From assembly GCA_003427395.1 (NCBI GenBank), contig BFEA01000034.1, positions 4,908,992 to 4,962,894 on the forward strand: 53,903 nucleotides of DNA, in the 5' to 3' direction. Made by a program: the position numbers and the translations under genes. Within the stretch, counting starts at the first letter, position 1. Each line of letters begins with the position of its first letter. Source of the DNA: Chara braunii (lineage: Eukaryota > Plantae > Charophyceae). The notes beneath the pieces were generated by a model that was not told where the DNA came from, made no database searches, and saw only the letters and a list, made by a program, of their open reading frames with translations. Below are positions 1-11,302 of the stretch, piece after piece.

Positions 1-1497
1 ATATTCATCTTTTCTCCTTTTTTGTATAGGAGTGTCAAGACACCTTGCCCAACTAACTCCCCAGTTCGTCCCGTGTCCCAAGTCTCATGGTAATATTCCA
101 TGAGGTCCTGTGACATGTTCGGCCACATTGCCACCCAAAATTCCTTGGGCAACCCATCTATTCCCGGCGTTTTTTGGTCCTCCATCTGCGCCAGTGCTGC
201 CCATATTTCTTCTTTTGAAAGTGGCTTATCTAAACTATCTCTTTGCAGTTTTGTTAAGGCTTTATTGAGTGGACATAAAAAATCCACAATTTCTTCCATT
301 CGCTGGTGCACCGGGTGGTGTCCACATTCGGATGTGAAGAAGGTCTGATAGAAGTCCCTTGCTATTTTAGTACAGGCAGCTGTAGACGTGTGCAGGGGGC
401 CTTGTGTGGCTTTGGGGTCCTCCAAGGCTTCAATCACAGTCCTCCCTACTTTAGCCTTGGCCAGGTCCGCCAGGGCGAAGAATCTCGCATCCATGGCTCC
501 TTCCATGTTATGTTTGGAGAGTCGGCCCCGTATTCTTATACCTTGCCATCTATACTCCATATAGTTAACAAGGCGAGCCTCTATAGTCTGGATGGCTCTA
601 GCGAGCTCTTCTTGGGCGATATCTGTTTCGTTTTCCTGTTGTTGCATGTGCTGTAGTTGGTGCTGCGGGTTGGATTCTTCAGCGTGGCGGTTTGCCGCCA
701 GAAGCTTGGAGTATTCATTGCACTTGCGGTTCAAAAAAAACAGGCCGTTGTTGAACCATATTGTTTTATCTTGGATTTGGCTTTTCTGTTCCTGCCAATA
801 GGTCCACACGTCTGCGAGGTAGAATTTGAAGTGATTGATGGTCATGAGAGATGTATTCAATTTATAGAATTCTCTCCCCTGGTCTGTTTTTTTCCTAAAT
901 GAGAACATCGCCACGCACATTGCGTGGTCCAGACCCGGGTAGGGGCTGCGGGGAAATATTTCTGCTATCTGAAGTGCCCCTTGCAGGTCTTGTGAGGTGA
1001 GTATAAGGTCAATCCGAGATTTGGAGGCCTTTTCTGTGCTATTCTTACGAAAACAGGTGAAGCGGCGCTCCGCAGGATGATGCCTTCGGAAAGTGTCGAA
1101 GAGATCGAGGGATTGTGACAACTCTGCGATGAGCCTTTCGTCCTTCTCAACATAAGCCGAGCACGGGGCCGGGAGTTTCCATCTATCCAACCAGCGGTCC
1201 GGTGCCGCATTAAAATCGCCTGCCACTATCACGGGGATGCCTACCGGTAGCTTGGGTTTAAGAGACTCGAAGAAGGTCTGTCGTGCTATCGGATCATTTG
1301 GAGCGTATACGTTTAGAATGCTCACCACTTCGAGCTCCAACATTGCTAACAAATAAACCCATCTACCCCCCTCCTGGTCTGCTTCCCAATTGAGCATCTC
1401 TGCTTTGGAGGCTGGCGGGAGCCATATGGCCACGCCCCCGCTGCCGGGACGCGGGGCGTGGGCCCGGAAAGCCTGGTGTCCCCACAGCTCATCATGC
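1..1497 (-). mobile_element. L1/Tx1-clade LINE ORF2 fragment (APE endonuclease to start of RT), frameshifted
   Basis: Manual minus-strand translation gives GVAIW, ILNVYAPND, IVAGDFNA, then KTPGIDGLPKEFW and GVLTLLYKKGEK; homologous to the copy at 11303-18490. Confidence 0.9.
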
Positions 1498-1498
1498 C

Positions 1499-1811
1499 TA
1501 TGGTTGTGCTCCTTAACTTACTGAAGTCTTTTTTTAAGTTTTTTTGAGTTTTTGACTTTTAACTCGAGTTTGGTTAGGAATTCGTTTTTAAAAAGAAAAT
1601 CGTTGGTCTGAGGCAAAAGTGGTTTGCATTGTTATTCTGCATAACATATTTTGTTTTCAGTTTTTTTTTTTTTATGGTCCGGACATTTCCGGACCTGCTT
1701 CCCTTTCCAGACCGTTCGGAACCATGCATGTCCGGAAGTCCGGAAGTCGGGACCTGATCAGACATGCGTCCGGTCCCCGGACATGGGCTGTCCCGGTCTG
1801 GCGCAGCCATG
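1499..1811. mobile_element. Putative MITE with subterminal TCCGG repeats
   Basis: Imperfect TIR TATGGTTGTGC / GCGCAGCCATG and many TCCGG/CCGGA motifs; no clear TSD. Confidence 0.4.
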
Positions 1812-2426
1812 GTTTTCTTCTTATTCTTTTCCTTTTCCCTTTCCTTTTTCTTTTTCTTTTTCTTTGTTCCTTCGTTTTTGCCTACTTATGTTTGAACAGC
1901 GCCCTCCTCATTTGCAAACGCCAGGGACCCTAATCTGGTATATGCATAGGTGGAGTCACTAGCAGCAACACGGAAATCTCTTTTGCTTGTGAAATGCATG
2001 GTTTGACAATTTCTTCTCGGCCTCCGGCCCCCTATGTTGATGCGCCTCTAAGCATGGCACCGCGTACATGTATGACCGTACGAATTCGTACTCATACGCT
2101 ACTCGTACGGAGGGGTGCCATACTTTTTTTTTTCCCCTTTTTTTTTGTTGGGTGCTGGCCCTGGTGGGGTGTTGGTTAGTGTCCATGCACCCATGGAAAC
2201 GAAGTTTCAAGGCTGATTTCATGTACACAGGGTGTGTGGCTTAGAACACCCCTGCCCACCATTTTCAATTGTTCCAATTTATTTAGAGATTGGATATAGT
2301 CTAATCATATAGCCCCTGGATAATTAAAGAAAAGCAAAGCATAAAAATGTATGGGCACGTGTGTTCCGTCTGTGTTGTGTGTGTCAGTGTCTGTGTGTTT
2401 GATGGTGTTCGTGTGTTCCTTCCAAT

Positions 2427-2481
2427 CACACACACACGCACGCACACACACACACGCACGCACACGCACACACACACACGC

Positions 2482-2536
<55 letters not shown>
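2427..2536. repeat. (CA)n microsatellite; others near 4640-4750, 14560-15190 and 44720-44765
   Basis: Seen directly. Confidence 0.95.
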
Positions 2537-2538
<2 letters not shown>

Positions 2539-2819
2539 CATATTGTTGCTGCAGTGGTTTCGTTTTTTTTTAATTACACCTTTTCTGTTCCTGTTTTTTT
2601 TTTCATACTTTAATGAGAATTTGGGGTTCGTGCTCTGACAATCATTGCATAACATTTTTCATTTCAGATTTTTCTGATTTCTTTTTTTCTTTTCCCCGTA
2701 TGCTGTATATACCAAACATACGTGGCCACGTACTGGGTTCCATACATAAAATATCCGTATGTTATGTACAGAAAGGCCCTGTACATATACGCCCGACAAC
2801 ATAGGTCTGCGGTTGTTGT

Positions 2820-3380
2820 CTTTTCCTTGCCTCGTGTACTTGTGTGTTACCTTTTCTCCGTACTTGTACCCTTCTTGTTTTGCTCCTTTTGGCCTTGCTC
2901 TTTTTTGATTGGCTGCTGTTCTACTCCTTGGCATCTCCTTCCCTGCGTTGTGTTGCTCTTCTCTACCCACCTCAACCGTGCCCTACAGCCTGTGTGCCTT
3001 GCTGCTGCTTGACGTCCAATGTTAGATTCCCTCCCTCCTGTTTCTTCACTTTCTCTCCCTCGCTGCCTTGTGGTGAAATGGGGTCCACAATGTCTGATGG
3101 AAAAATTAGAATGCGGTTGTCTTGCCTTGTGTACTTGTACCCTTCTTGTTTGCTCCTTTCGGCCTTGCTGTTTTTTGCTGGCTGCTGTTTGACTCCTGGG
3201 TACTTCCTTCCCTGCGTTGTATCTCTCATCTACCCACCCACCTCCCCCGTGCCCTCCAGCCTGTGGGCCTTGCTGCTGCTTGACATCCAATGTTACATTG
3301 CCTCCCTCCTGTTCCTTCATTCTCTCTCCCTCGCTGCGTTGTGGTGAAACGGGGTCCGCAACGTCTGATGGAAAACTAGA
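2820..3380. repeat. Two-unit degenerate tandem repeat (~270-300 bp)
   Basis: CTTGCCTYGTGTACTTG...GGGGTCCRCAAYGTCTGATGGAAAA occurs twice. Confidence 0.85.
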
Positions 3381-3530
3381 TAGGTCCCTACGATTGAACT
3401 TTCAACTGGGACAGCTGTGTCATGGGTAAGTGTGGGCCCGCAGTGTCACGTGAAGAACAAACCCAGACCTCTCCGGGCTCTCCCTACGATTGAGGGGAAA
3501 GTAAGACCTCATGCAGGCTGAACTGGGTGA

Positions 3531-4223
3531 GTGTCGGATGGCCCAGTGGTTAGGGCACCAGTTGGAAATGCACATTGTGGTCTAAGGTTGTGGGTGCAAA
3601 ACCCCGGAGCCTCGTGCATAGGCCGATGGCAGGGTGTTACGTTGACGCACTACCACTCACACACTGAGCGCGCACGTGGCCAGGGGGCATGGTGCATAGA
3701 CCTGACCTGGGGTCCACCTGAGAGGGTGCCCAGCAGATACCCAACAGATACTAGCCCCCTGTATATTCCTGGGTCCTCCGGAATGGCAGGCGCGCTTGGG
3801 GTTGCTGGAGGCCATGGGGGGAGATGGCTCCGGGAGGGGCAGGCTCAGTGGGGATGAGGGAGGAGTGAAGGGTTCACCCCCTTCCTAGCAGGAGTGACTC
3901 CCATACCCACAGCACCTGGTGACTTCGGTGCATTGGCCTCCCGGCCGGGTGCCTCGATGATGCAGGACCCTGAGTTCGAAGGGGGTGCACCCTGGGGCAG
4001 AAGTTTAGTAGCTCTGGTCCAGGCTGATACTACGGGGAGTGTAGCAAGGTCTCTCTTCTCCCCCTTCCTGAGAGTCCTGGTCTTGAGTGATATCTGATTG
4101 AGCGGGTGGGCCTGCTGTGCCGGCAGGTGGGCTGAACCCAGCGTGTGAAGCCCCCTGCCGGACCTCCTCCCAGGCTGGGTCATATCCCCGACACCCGGAA
4201 CCCTTAAAAAAAAAAAAAAAAAA
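3531..4223 (+). mobile_element. tRNA-derived SINE
   Basis: A box TGGCCCAGTGG, B-box-like GGTGCAAAACC, poly(A) tail ending at 4223, TGAACTGGG repeated in both flanks. Confidence 0.6.
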
Positions 4224-4329
4224 GATTTTGAACTGGGATGGTGGTATGGCAGATAACTGTCAAGTTCCTTAGCATGATATGTTATGCTTGTACTCAAACA
4301 CACACCGACTAGTTCAACTTGGTGAAAGT

Positions 4330-4640
4330 TTGAGAATTTCAACCTCCTGGTGAGTTGGTGAAAGTCCGCTGAAACAGTCTACAAGCACAGTTGTGCTTTT
4401 TTTCTGTGGAGTTGTTTATAGCGAACTCGACAACACACTGATGAGTTCATGCGAGTTCAATGAAACAGTCTATCGCACTCAGTGTTTTTGTGATTGTGCA
4501 TGCAATTTCCGAACATGACAACAAAAGTGCACACACGCACACACACAAACTGATGAGTTGGTGAAAGTCCGATGAAACAGTCTGGCACCGTCATGCTTTT
4601 TGGTCGAGTTGTGCATAGCGAACATGACGACAGCACCCAC
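4330..4640 (+). ncRNA. Tandem array of three degenerate type III hammerhead ribozyme units
   Basis: CTG(A/G)TGA-stem II-GAAACAGTCT cores at 4347, 4438 and 4550 (spacing 91 and 112 nt). Confidence 0.75.
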
Positions 4641-4663
4641 ACACACACACACACACACACTGT

Positions 4664-4745
<82 letters not shown>

Positions 4746-5486
4746 CACAAGCAGTTTCTGTTTCTAAGTGAGCACCTCTAACTAAGAAGTGCCTAATATT
4801 CATTGACAATGTGGGTTCGTTTGGAGTGCCCACAAGACTAGTAGAGGGGCTGCTCTGTTCGGAATGTCCGCGGGTGCATGTTCCATGGGTGGATGACAGA
4901 CGTTCTGTGGGGTTCCGGTTGTGGTGTGAGTAGGTGATGGGCTGCTTTGGTCTGTGCTGGATATGTAGACTGCGTTGTTGACGTCCTCCACTGCTTTGCT
5001 TTACTACCCACCCGCTTACCATCATGGTGTCTTTCCTTGCAGCTTTGTCTGTTTGCTGTGTAGTCTGGCTGCCTCGTCAGTGATGCTTTGTGCCTCACTG
5101 AATCGTTGCCTAGCTGCCCATCCGCGTGGCTTGTCTCACTGTGCAGTTTGCTTGCTTGCAGTGTACTTGGGTGCTCCGTCAACTGCTTTACTAACCGCCT
5201 GAAGTTGTTTCACATATAGTCTCTGAGGATCCTACACAGACAAATGTTCAGTGCATTGTTGCCCTGCTGCCCATCCGCTTGTGTTCTCTTTCCATGCAGT
5301 TTGGTTGTGTCGGGTGCAGTTGGGCTGCCTTGTTCGATTTTTCCCTGGTGCTTTGCCGAGTCATTGCGTTGCTGCCTTTGTTCCAGTTGCGGTGTCAGCT
5401 GCGAGCTGCCAGGCCATGCTCAACATCATGATGTGTTGAGAGAGTTCATGACTCAAAGCATCAAGATGCGGATTCCGTAGATCACC

Positions 5487-5531
5487 GAGGGTTCAGCCTC
5501 CTGACGAGTTGTGCAAGTCGGACGAATCAGT
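5487..5531 (+). ncRNA. Degenerate hammerhead copy
   Basis: GAGG-GTTCAG-CCTC CTGACGA ... GACGAATCAGT; stem-loop I identical to the 8219-8270 copy. Confidence 0.6.
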
Positions 5532-5619
5532 GTGTCACCATCCCAGAGCAGGAACTGACAGTTGTCAAAGCGCTAATTCGGTGCCGGCGTCAGGCCGGGT
5601 CCGTGACGAGGAGAAGGCA

Positions 5620-6530
5620 CTGGCTGACCGCCATAGCTGCTGTGACAGGATGTGGTCACGCGTACAGCACAGAAGCAGCAGGGCGGAAGGCGCCATCGAA
5701 GAACAGGGGTTGTAGCGTGGACCGTGACTGGACCATGCATGGATGAAGATCCCCCTCCTTATCCCGACTTTTTTGGCGCGACTACGGTAAAGGGGAACGA
5801 CCACAACGGAGGTGAACGAGAAGAGCAAGGAAGAGGAGGGTAAGGGGAGCGACCTTTGAAACGAACGAAGACTTAAGGAGAGGGTCGGAGTAGGGAGAAG
5901 CCGGCGACGGGAGACGAGCAGATGGGGAAGACTTCAAGTCGACATCGACAACTGGACAACTGATTGGCAGATGGACAGACGACACACTGCAAACATCAAC
6001 GAGGTGGCCAGGACAATCAGCGCGAGGAGAATTTCTGGGCACTGGCCCTCTGTCCTTTGGGGCCCCGGGGGGAACCCCCAGTGAAGGAAGGGGAAGAGCC
6101 TAGAGGTCCAGGGCTAGATCCATGTTATTTCTAGTAAGGGCAAGGAAGGAGGCACCGACCTACCACCATAGCTGCCGAGATGGGATGTGGTGATGCGTAC
6201 ATCGAAGAGCAGGGGTTGTAGCGCGGATCGTGACTGCCGGTCTTTTGGCATGGCGGCGGTAAAGGGGAACGAGTAGGAGTTCTTCTCGATGACTAGGACA
6301 CAACAGAGGTGAACGAGAAAGCGATAGAAAATGGGATGATTTCAAATCGACATTGACAACTGGACAACTGATTGGTGGGTGGATAGGCAGTGCACTGCAA
6401 TCATCAACGAGGAGACCACGACAATCAGCACGAGAAGAAACTTTGGGCACTGGTCCTTTGTACTTTGGGGCCCTGGGGGAACCCCCCGGTGAAGGAAGGG
6501 GAACAACCCGGAGGTACGTGCCAATCGTCA
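5620..6530. repeat. Degenerate direct duplication (~5620-6110 vs ~6160-6515)
   Basis: Shared blocks CCATAGCTG, CAGGGGTTGTAGCG, ACAACTGGACAACTGATTGG and GGGGGAACCCCC. Confidence 0.8.
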
Positions 6531-6619
6531 GTATCACCCCTGAAAAAACTTTCATCCCCTCTCATTGTCTCTCTCCCTTTCCCTACCGTCTCTTGCGACA
6601 TTTTCTTATACTGCTCTTT

Positions 6620-7180
6620 TACCGACCTGCGACACCCCCCGACTTGTACCCCTCCTTCACAACCTTTCCATTTTCGATCTGCGACATCCCCTGTCACGCA
6701 CTTCACTGATCCCGATCTACGACACCCTTCTTCCCACTCTTCCCATCCGCGATTGCTCACCGAGCCTCCCCGATCCGCGCCTGCCCCATTCCTGATATCC
6801 TCCCCCAATCACCTCCCACTCATCATCTCCCCCTATCTCTCCCCCAGCCCCTGACCCTTCTCGATCCCGATTCACGACTCCCCCCCCTCTCACACCTGCA
6901 CAGATCTTCCCTCCTCCTCCCCCGCGGCCCCTGTTTCGTACTTCCCCAATTCCGATCTACGATATCCTATCTCACCCCTCCCCCCAACCCGATCCCAACA
7001 CCTGCACTGATCTTCCCTCTTTCCCCACCGCGGCCCCTGTCTCACACGGCCCCGATCACGATCTACAATATCCTATTTCGCATTGGCCCCCAACCTCGAT
7101 CCCGACTTCTCTGTTCTCGATCTGGGACATCCCCATCCCAATCCTTCCTCCCAGTCCCCCCCAAACCCTCCCCCACCCCT
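6620..7180. repeat. C-rich degenerate minisatellite (CCGATCTACGACA-like units)
   Basis: Recurrent CCCGATC and CGATCTACGA motifs. Confidence 0.6.
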
Positions 7181-7183
7181 ATC

Positions 7184-7320
7184 CTATGTATCACTCGCAG
7201 TCGCAACCGCGGACCATTTTACCGCCTGCGGTCGGGATCCCGACCATGGCGGCCGACCGCCCGCGGCCGAGTGCGGGCATGAAACCCCGAGAATTTTTTT
7301 GGGGCAAAAAAACAGGGAAT
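7184..7320. mobile_element. Terminus of the CTATG-TIR (CCGCGG-rich) hAT-like MITE family
   Basis: CTATGTATCAC...GGTCGGGATCCCGACC matches the reverse complement of ~15560-15691. Confidence 0.75.
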
Positions 7321-7427
7321 ATATATATATATATATATATATTGCTGTCCTAGAAATAGCGATGAGGAACTGCCAGCTTGAACTACGCCATGCTCTACCA
7401 GGTGAGTTGTTTAATCCTCCATCCCGC

Positions 7428-7612
7428 ATCTCTGCCTGCATTGTGCATGGGCCTGGCCATTACATGGCTATTGTACACGCCTCTAACCATTGGGACGTGT
7501 GGAACGACGGTGTCATGGTCCATGCCATGATTGATATTACTGATTTCTTACTCTATGATGCTGTTCTCTTGCCACATCAAACTGTCCGCAACCTCCTTTA
7601 TGTCAAAGATCA
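7428..7612 (+). pseudogene. Fragment resembling the His box of a USP/peptidase C19 deubiquitinase
   Basis: ISACIVHGPGHYMAIVHASNHWDVWNDGVM...RNLLYVK fits AVIxHxG..GHY.A....W..ND..V....LLFY; cut by an N gap. Confidence 0.55.
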
Positions 7613-8218
7613 NNNNNNNNNNNNNNNNNNNNNNNNNNNNNNNNNNNNNNNNNNNNNNNNNNNNNNNNNNNNNNNNNNNNNNNNNNNNNNNNNNNNNNNN
7701 NNNNNNNNNNNNNNNNNNNNNNNNNNNNNNNNNNNNNNNNNNNNNNNNNNNNNNNNNNNNNNNNNNNNNNNNNNNNNNNNNNNNNNNNNNNNNNNNNNNN
7801 NNNNNNNNNNNNNNNNNNNNNNNNNNNNNNNNNNNNNNNNNNNNNNNNNNNNNNNNNNNNNNNNNNNNNNNNNNNNNNNNNNNNNNNNNNNNNNNNNNNN
7901 NNNNNNNNNNNNNNNNNNNNNNNNNNNNNNNNNNNNNNNNNNNNNTTGCACGTGAGAGGCACAGTGGAGGTGGAGTTCAAAGAAGAATGAGAAATTTAAT
8001 GGTTTCAATCTGCCCTTGTTTTTTCTTTTTCTTTTTATTTTTGCATGTTATCACTGTGCCCGTTTTTTGTTTTTATTCTTTGTTCCGCAAAGTGCGCTCT
8101 TTTAGTTTGTAGTGATGTGACAATATATATATAAATATGTATATCGTCACAAACAGAACTGCGCGGTAAGCCGTAGGCAGAGAGAGAGAAGAGGACAACA
8201 AACGAGGGGCTGTGACAA

Positions 8219-8270
8219 ACTGTTTCGTCGGAGTTTCACCGACTCATCAAGAGGCTGAACCCTCAACAGT
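8219..8270 (-). ncRNA. Type III hammerhead ribozyme (near intact)
   Basis: Minus strand reads ACTGTT GAGG GTTCAG CCTC TTGATGA GTCGG TGAAACT CCGAC GAA ACAGT; all three stems pair perfectly; core has C3 changed to U. Confidence 0.85.
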
Positions 8271-8404
8271 CTCCAGAATCCCCTCACCGATTACACTGTA
8301 AATGATAATCTACCTTAACCAAAATCAAAGTAGACTATCACTCACCCACACCAGATGGAAAACTCTACAGACTGTCGGTATATATATATATATATATATA
8401 TATA

Positions 8405-9101
8405 CAGGGTTGCTGGCGTTCGGGACGGGCCGACCGCCCGAACGTTGGGGACCCCCTCTTGAGTTCGGCCGAACGCGGACCCAAAAAAACAAAAAATGAA
8501 TTTTAAAAAATCTGAAAAAAATATATGTTATGCATAAGAATAAACTAAACAACATTCGCCTTAACATTACATCCAAATTCTTTACCAAAATTGAAATAAA
8601 AATCAACTACCAAAAATAAATAATAATGATAAAAATTAGGGGAAAACAAACGAGAATGAAATTATTGAGTGGGCGAGCACGTTTTTGACTCCACCATCTT
8701 TGGCGATTTTTCGTTTTTTTTTGGCTTTGACAAATGCCATGAAAATTTATATATCTGTAGCTTACATAATAAATAATTTACAAATAAACTTTAAAAAAAT
8801 CATATTTTGTTTCATGCCCCGAAATAAAGGAAAAACAAAAAGTCAGAAGAGAGAAAAAACAAATTAGCGAGTGGGCAAGCAAGTTTTGACACCACCATAT
8901 TTGCCGATTTTTCATGTTGTTTTGGCTAAACAGAATGGCTTCAAAATTAACAGGGAGATACCTTACATCACAAAGAACTCACACAAAAAATGTCAGAAAA
9001 AGATAATAATATTTAGGTGCCAAAATAGTTTTTTGTGGGGTCCGAACCCTTTCAGGTTCGGGCCCCGTACCGCGACCCGAACGTTCGGCCTGGCAACCCT
9101 A
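8405..9101. mobile_element. hAT-like MITE inserted in (TA)n
   Basis: TIR CAGGGTTGC / GCAACCCTA, subterminal CCGAAC repeats, AT-rich core. Confidence 0.8.
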
Positions 9102-9782
9102 TATATATATATATGTATATGGGCGTGCAGATTAAGAAAAGCTCTACATGCCTATGATTTTTAATATTTTTTTGTGATATTTACTGGAAGGAAAAAAAAA
9201 AAAAAAAAAAAAAAAGTTTCGGTTGTGNNNNNNNNNNNNNNNNNNNNNNNNNNNNNNNNNNNNNNNNNNNNNNNNNNNNNNNNNNNNNNNNNNNNNNNNN
9301 NNNNNNNNNNNNNNNNNNNNNNNNNNNNNNNNNNNNNNNNNNNNNNNNNNNNNNNNNNNNNNNNNNNNNNNNNNNNNNNNNNNNNNNNNNNNNNNNNNNN
9401 NNNNNNNNNNNNNNNNNNNNNNNNNNNNNNNNNNNNNNNNNNNNNNNNNNNNNNNNNNNNNNNNNNNNNNNNNNNNNNNNNNNNNNNNNNNNNNNNNNNN
9501 NNNNNNNNNNNNNNNNNNNNNNNNNNNNNNNNNNNNNNNNNNNNNNNNNNNNNNNNNNNNNNNNNNNNNNNNNNNNNNNNNNNNNNNNNNNNNNNNNNNN
9601 NNNNNNNNNNNNNNNNNNNNNNNNNNNNNNNNNNNNNNNNNNNNNNNNNNNNNNNNNNNNNNNNNNNNNNNNNNNNNNNNNNNNNNNNNNNNNNNNNNNN
9701 NNNNNNNNNNNNNNNNNNNNNNNNNNNNNNNNNNNNNNNNNNNNNNNNNNNNNNNNNNNNNNNNNNNNNNNNNNNNNNNNNN

Positions 9783-10712
9783 CCACCAATAATAGGCAGC
9801 CCGTGGATGTTTTTGTCAAAAAAAAAGGAAAAAAAAAAAAGAAAGAAAGGCCTCCCCTCTTGCTGCAGGCTGCACATGCCAGACAGAAAAGAAGAAAAAA
9901 AGGAAAGAAAGGCCTCCCCTCTTGCTGCAGGCTGCACATGCCAGACTGAGTTAGGGGGGGAAGGGGGGTGGCCATGATTCACTTGGAGAGAAACAGGCAG
10001 GAAATTTAAATAAAAATTGGGAAAAAGATCAAGGATATGGCCAAAAAAAAAAAAAAAAAAAAGATATGGCCATTACTTGCAAAATATCCATGCGGAGATG
10101 TAACATCTTGACATAACTTGGGCTCACTCCCTCTAACAAAGAGGATTGGATTCCATGCCAGCATCTGGACGTGTTTGTGGAGAGGTGCAGGAAATTGCAA
10201 TTGATCTGCTGTTCTGCATCTCTGGCTAAAACCTATCCAGATTCACGTGGTTGATCCAATCCCGTTTTGCTTGTGGGACTGTGTCCCTTAACTGATTCAT
10301 CATAGAGGCTGATGATGAAAAGCAAAACTGAGCTGGGTGGAACTCCACATTGAGCTCGGATTAAAGAAAAAAAAAAAAACATTGAGCTGGGATGAAGAGG
10401 GCAATCTGATCCAGCGGCCTACCTCAGTTGGTAAGGCATGCAAGTGGCATTCAGGAGGTCTTGGGTTCAATCCCCATTGGCCTCATGTATCTTCCTGGGC
10501 ATGCTTGGCGCCCGCCACCTAGAGATAGCCCGTTGGTCCCCCCAATTGGCATTAAAAAAAGCAGGCTCTGCTGATGTTCATAGGGGGAGGGGTAATCGGG
10601 GAGGCACAGCGACTGGCCGCTCAGATGATGCTCGGTCCCTCTGTCACCGGCTGTCCCCTGGCCGGTGCCCCCCGTTGGGGGTTCCCTGAAGGCTATCAGG
10701 CCACCCGAGACC
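9783..10712 (+). repeat. Apparently identical copy of 30830-31759 (probable assembly artefact)
   Basis: Same sequence and ORF track at an offset of 21047; bounded by an N gap and a Nextera adapter. Confidence 0.9.
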
Positions 10713-10730
10713 TATCAGGCCACCCTGGGC

Positions 10731-10768
10731 CTGTCTCTTATACACATCTAGATGTGTATAAGAGACAG
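10731..10768. other. Nextera mate-pair junction adapter (inverted Tn5 mosaic ends), artefact
   Basis: CTGTCTCTTATACACATCT AGATGTGTATAAGAGACAG. Confidence 0.99.
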
Positions 10769-11302
10769 GGTTATGGGTGGTGGGAACATTTAGGGGCAGT
10801 TAGGGGCGGTTGGGGACAGTTAGGGGTGGTTAGGGGAGGGGGGGAACATTTAGGGGGAGTTAGGGGCGGTTGGGGACAGTTAGGGATGGTTAGGGGAGGG
10901 TGGGAACATTTAGGGGCAGTTAGGGGCGGTTGGGGACAGTTAGGGGTGGTTAGGGAAAGTGTGGATGGTTATGGGTGGGTGCATACAATTGTGGGTGGGT
11001 TTGGGTGGGTAGGGGTGAAAAACAAAATTGGTTGGGTATGGTACAGGTGGTTAACAAAAGGTTTGGGTGTAGGTGGTCATGGGTAGTTTTGAAACAGAAA
11101 GTCCATGGGAAGTTATGGGCAGTTACACTCTGAAGGGGTTCAGGAATGGCAGGTACAGGTACACGTTTTTCTTTTTTGAGCAGGTAAGGATGGGTAAAGG
11201 TCCAGCATGCCATCTATACAGTGGGTATGAGTGGTTAGTTTTCAAAGAGGGTATGGGCAGGTAAGGTACAGGTATTCCAAAAAATCCCAGTTGCCACCTC
11301 TG
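10769..11302. mobile_element. Right end of a non-autonomous hAT-like element with a G-rich 60-bp minisatellite
   Basis: Ends TTGCCACCTCTG (reverse complement CAGAGGTGGCAA); GGGTATG subterminal repeats; TTAGGG-containing units at 10770-10960. Confidence 0.55.

Noticed and set aside
10731-10768. Tn5/IS50 transposon or horizontal transfer
   Set aside because: Head-to-head mosaic ends without a transposase are the Nextera mate-pair adapter
10770-10960. Telomeric array
   Set aside because: TTAGGG words are embedded in a 60-bp minisatellite, not contiguous telomere repeats
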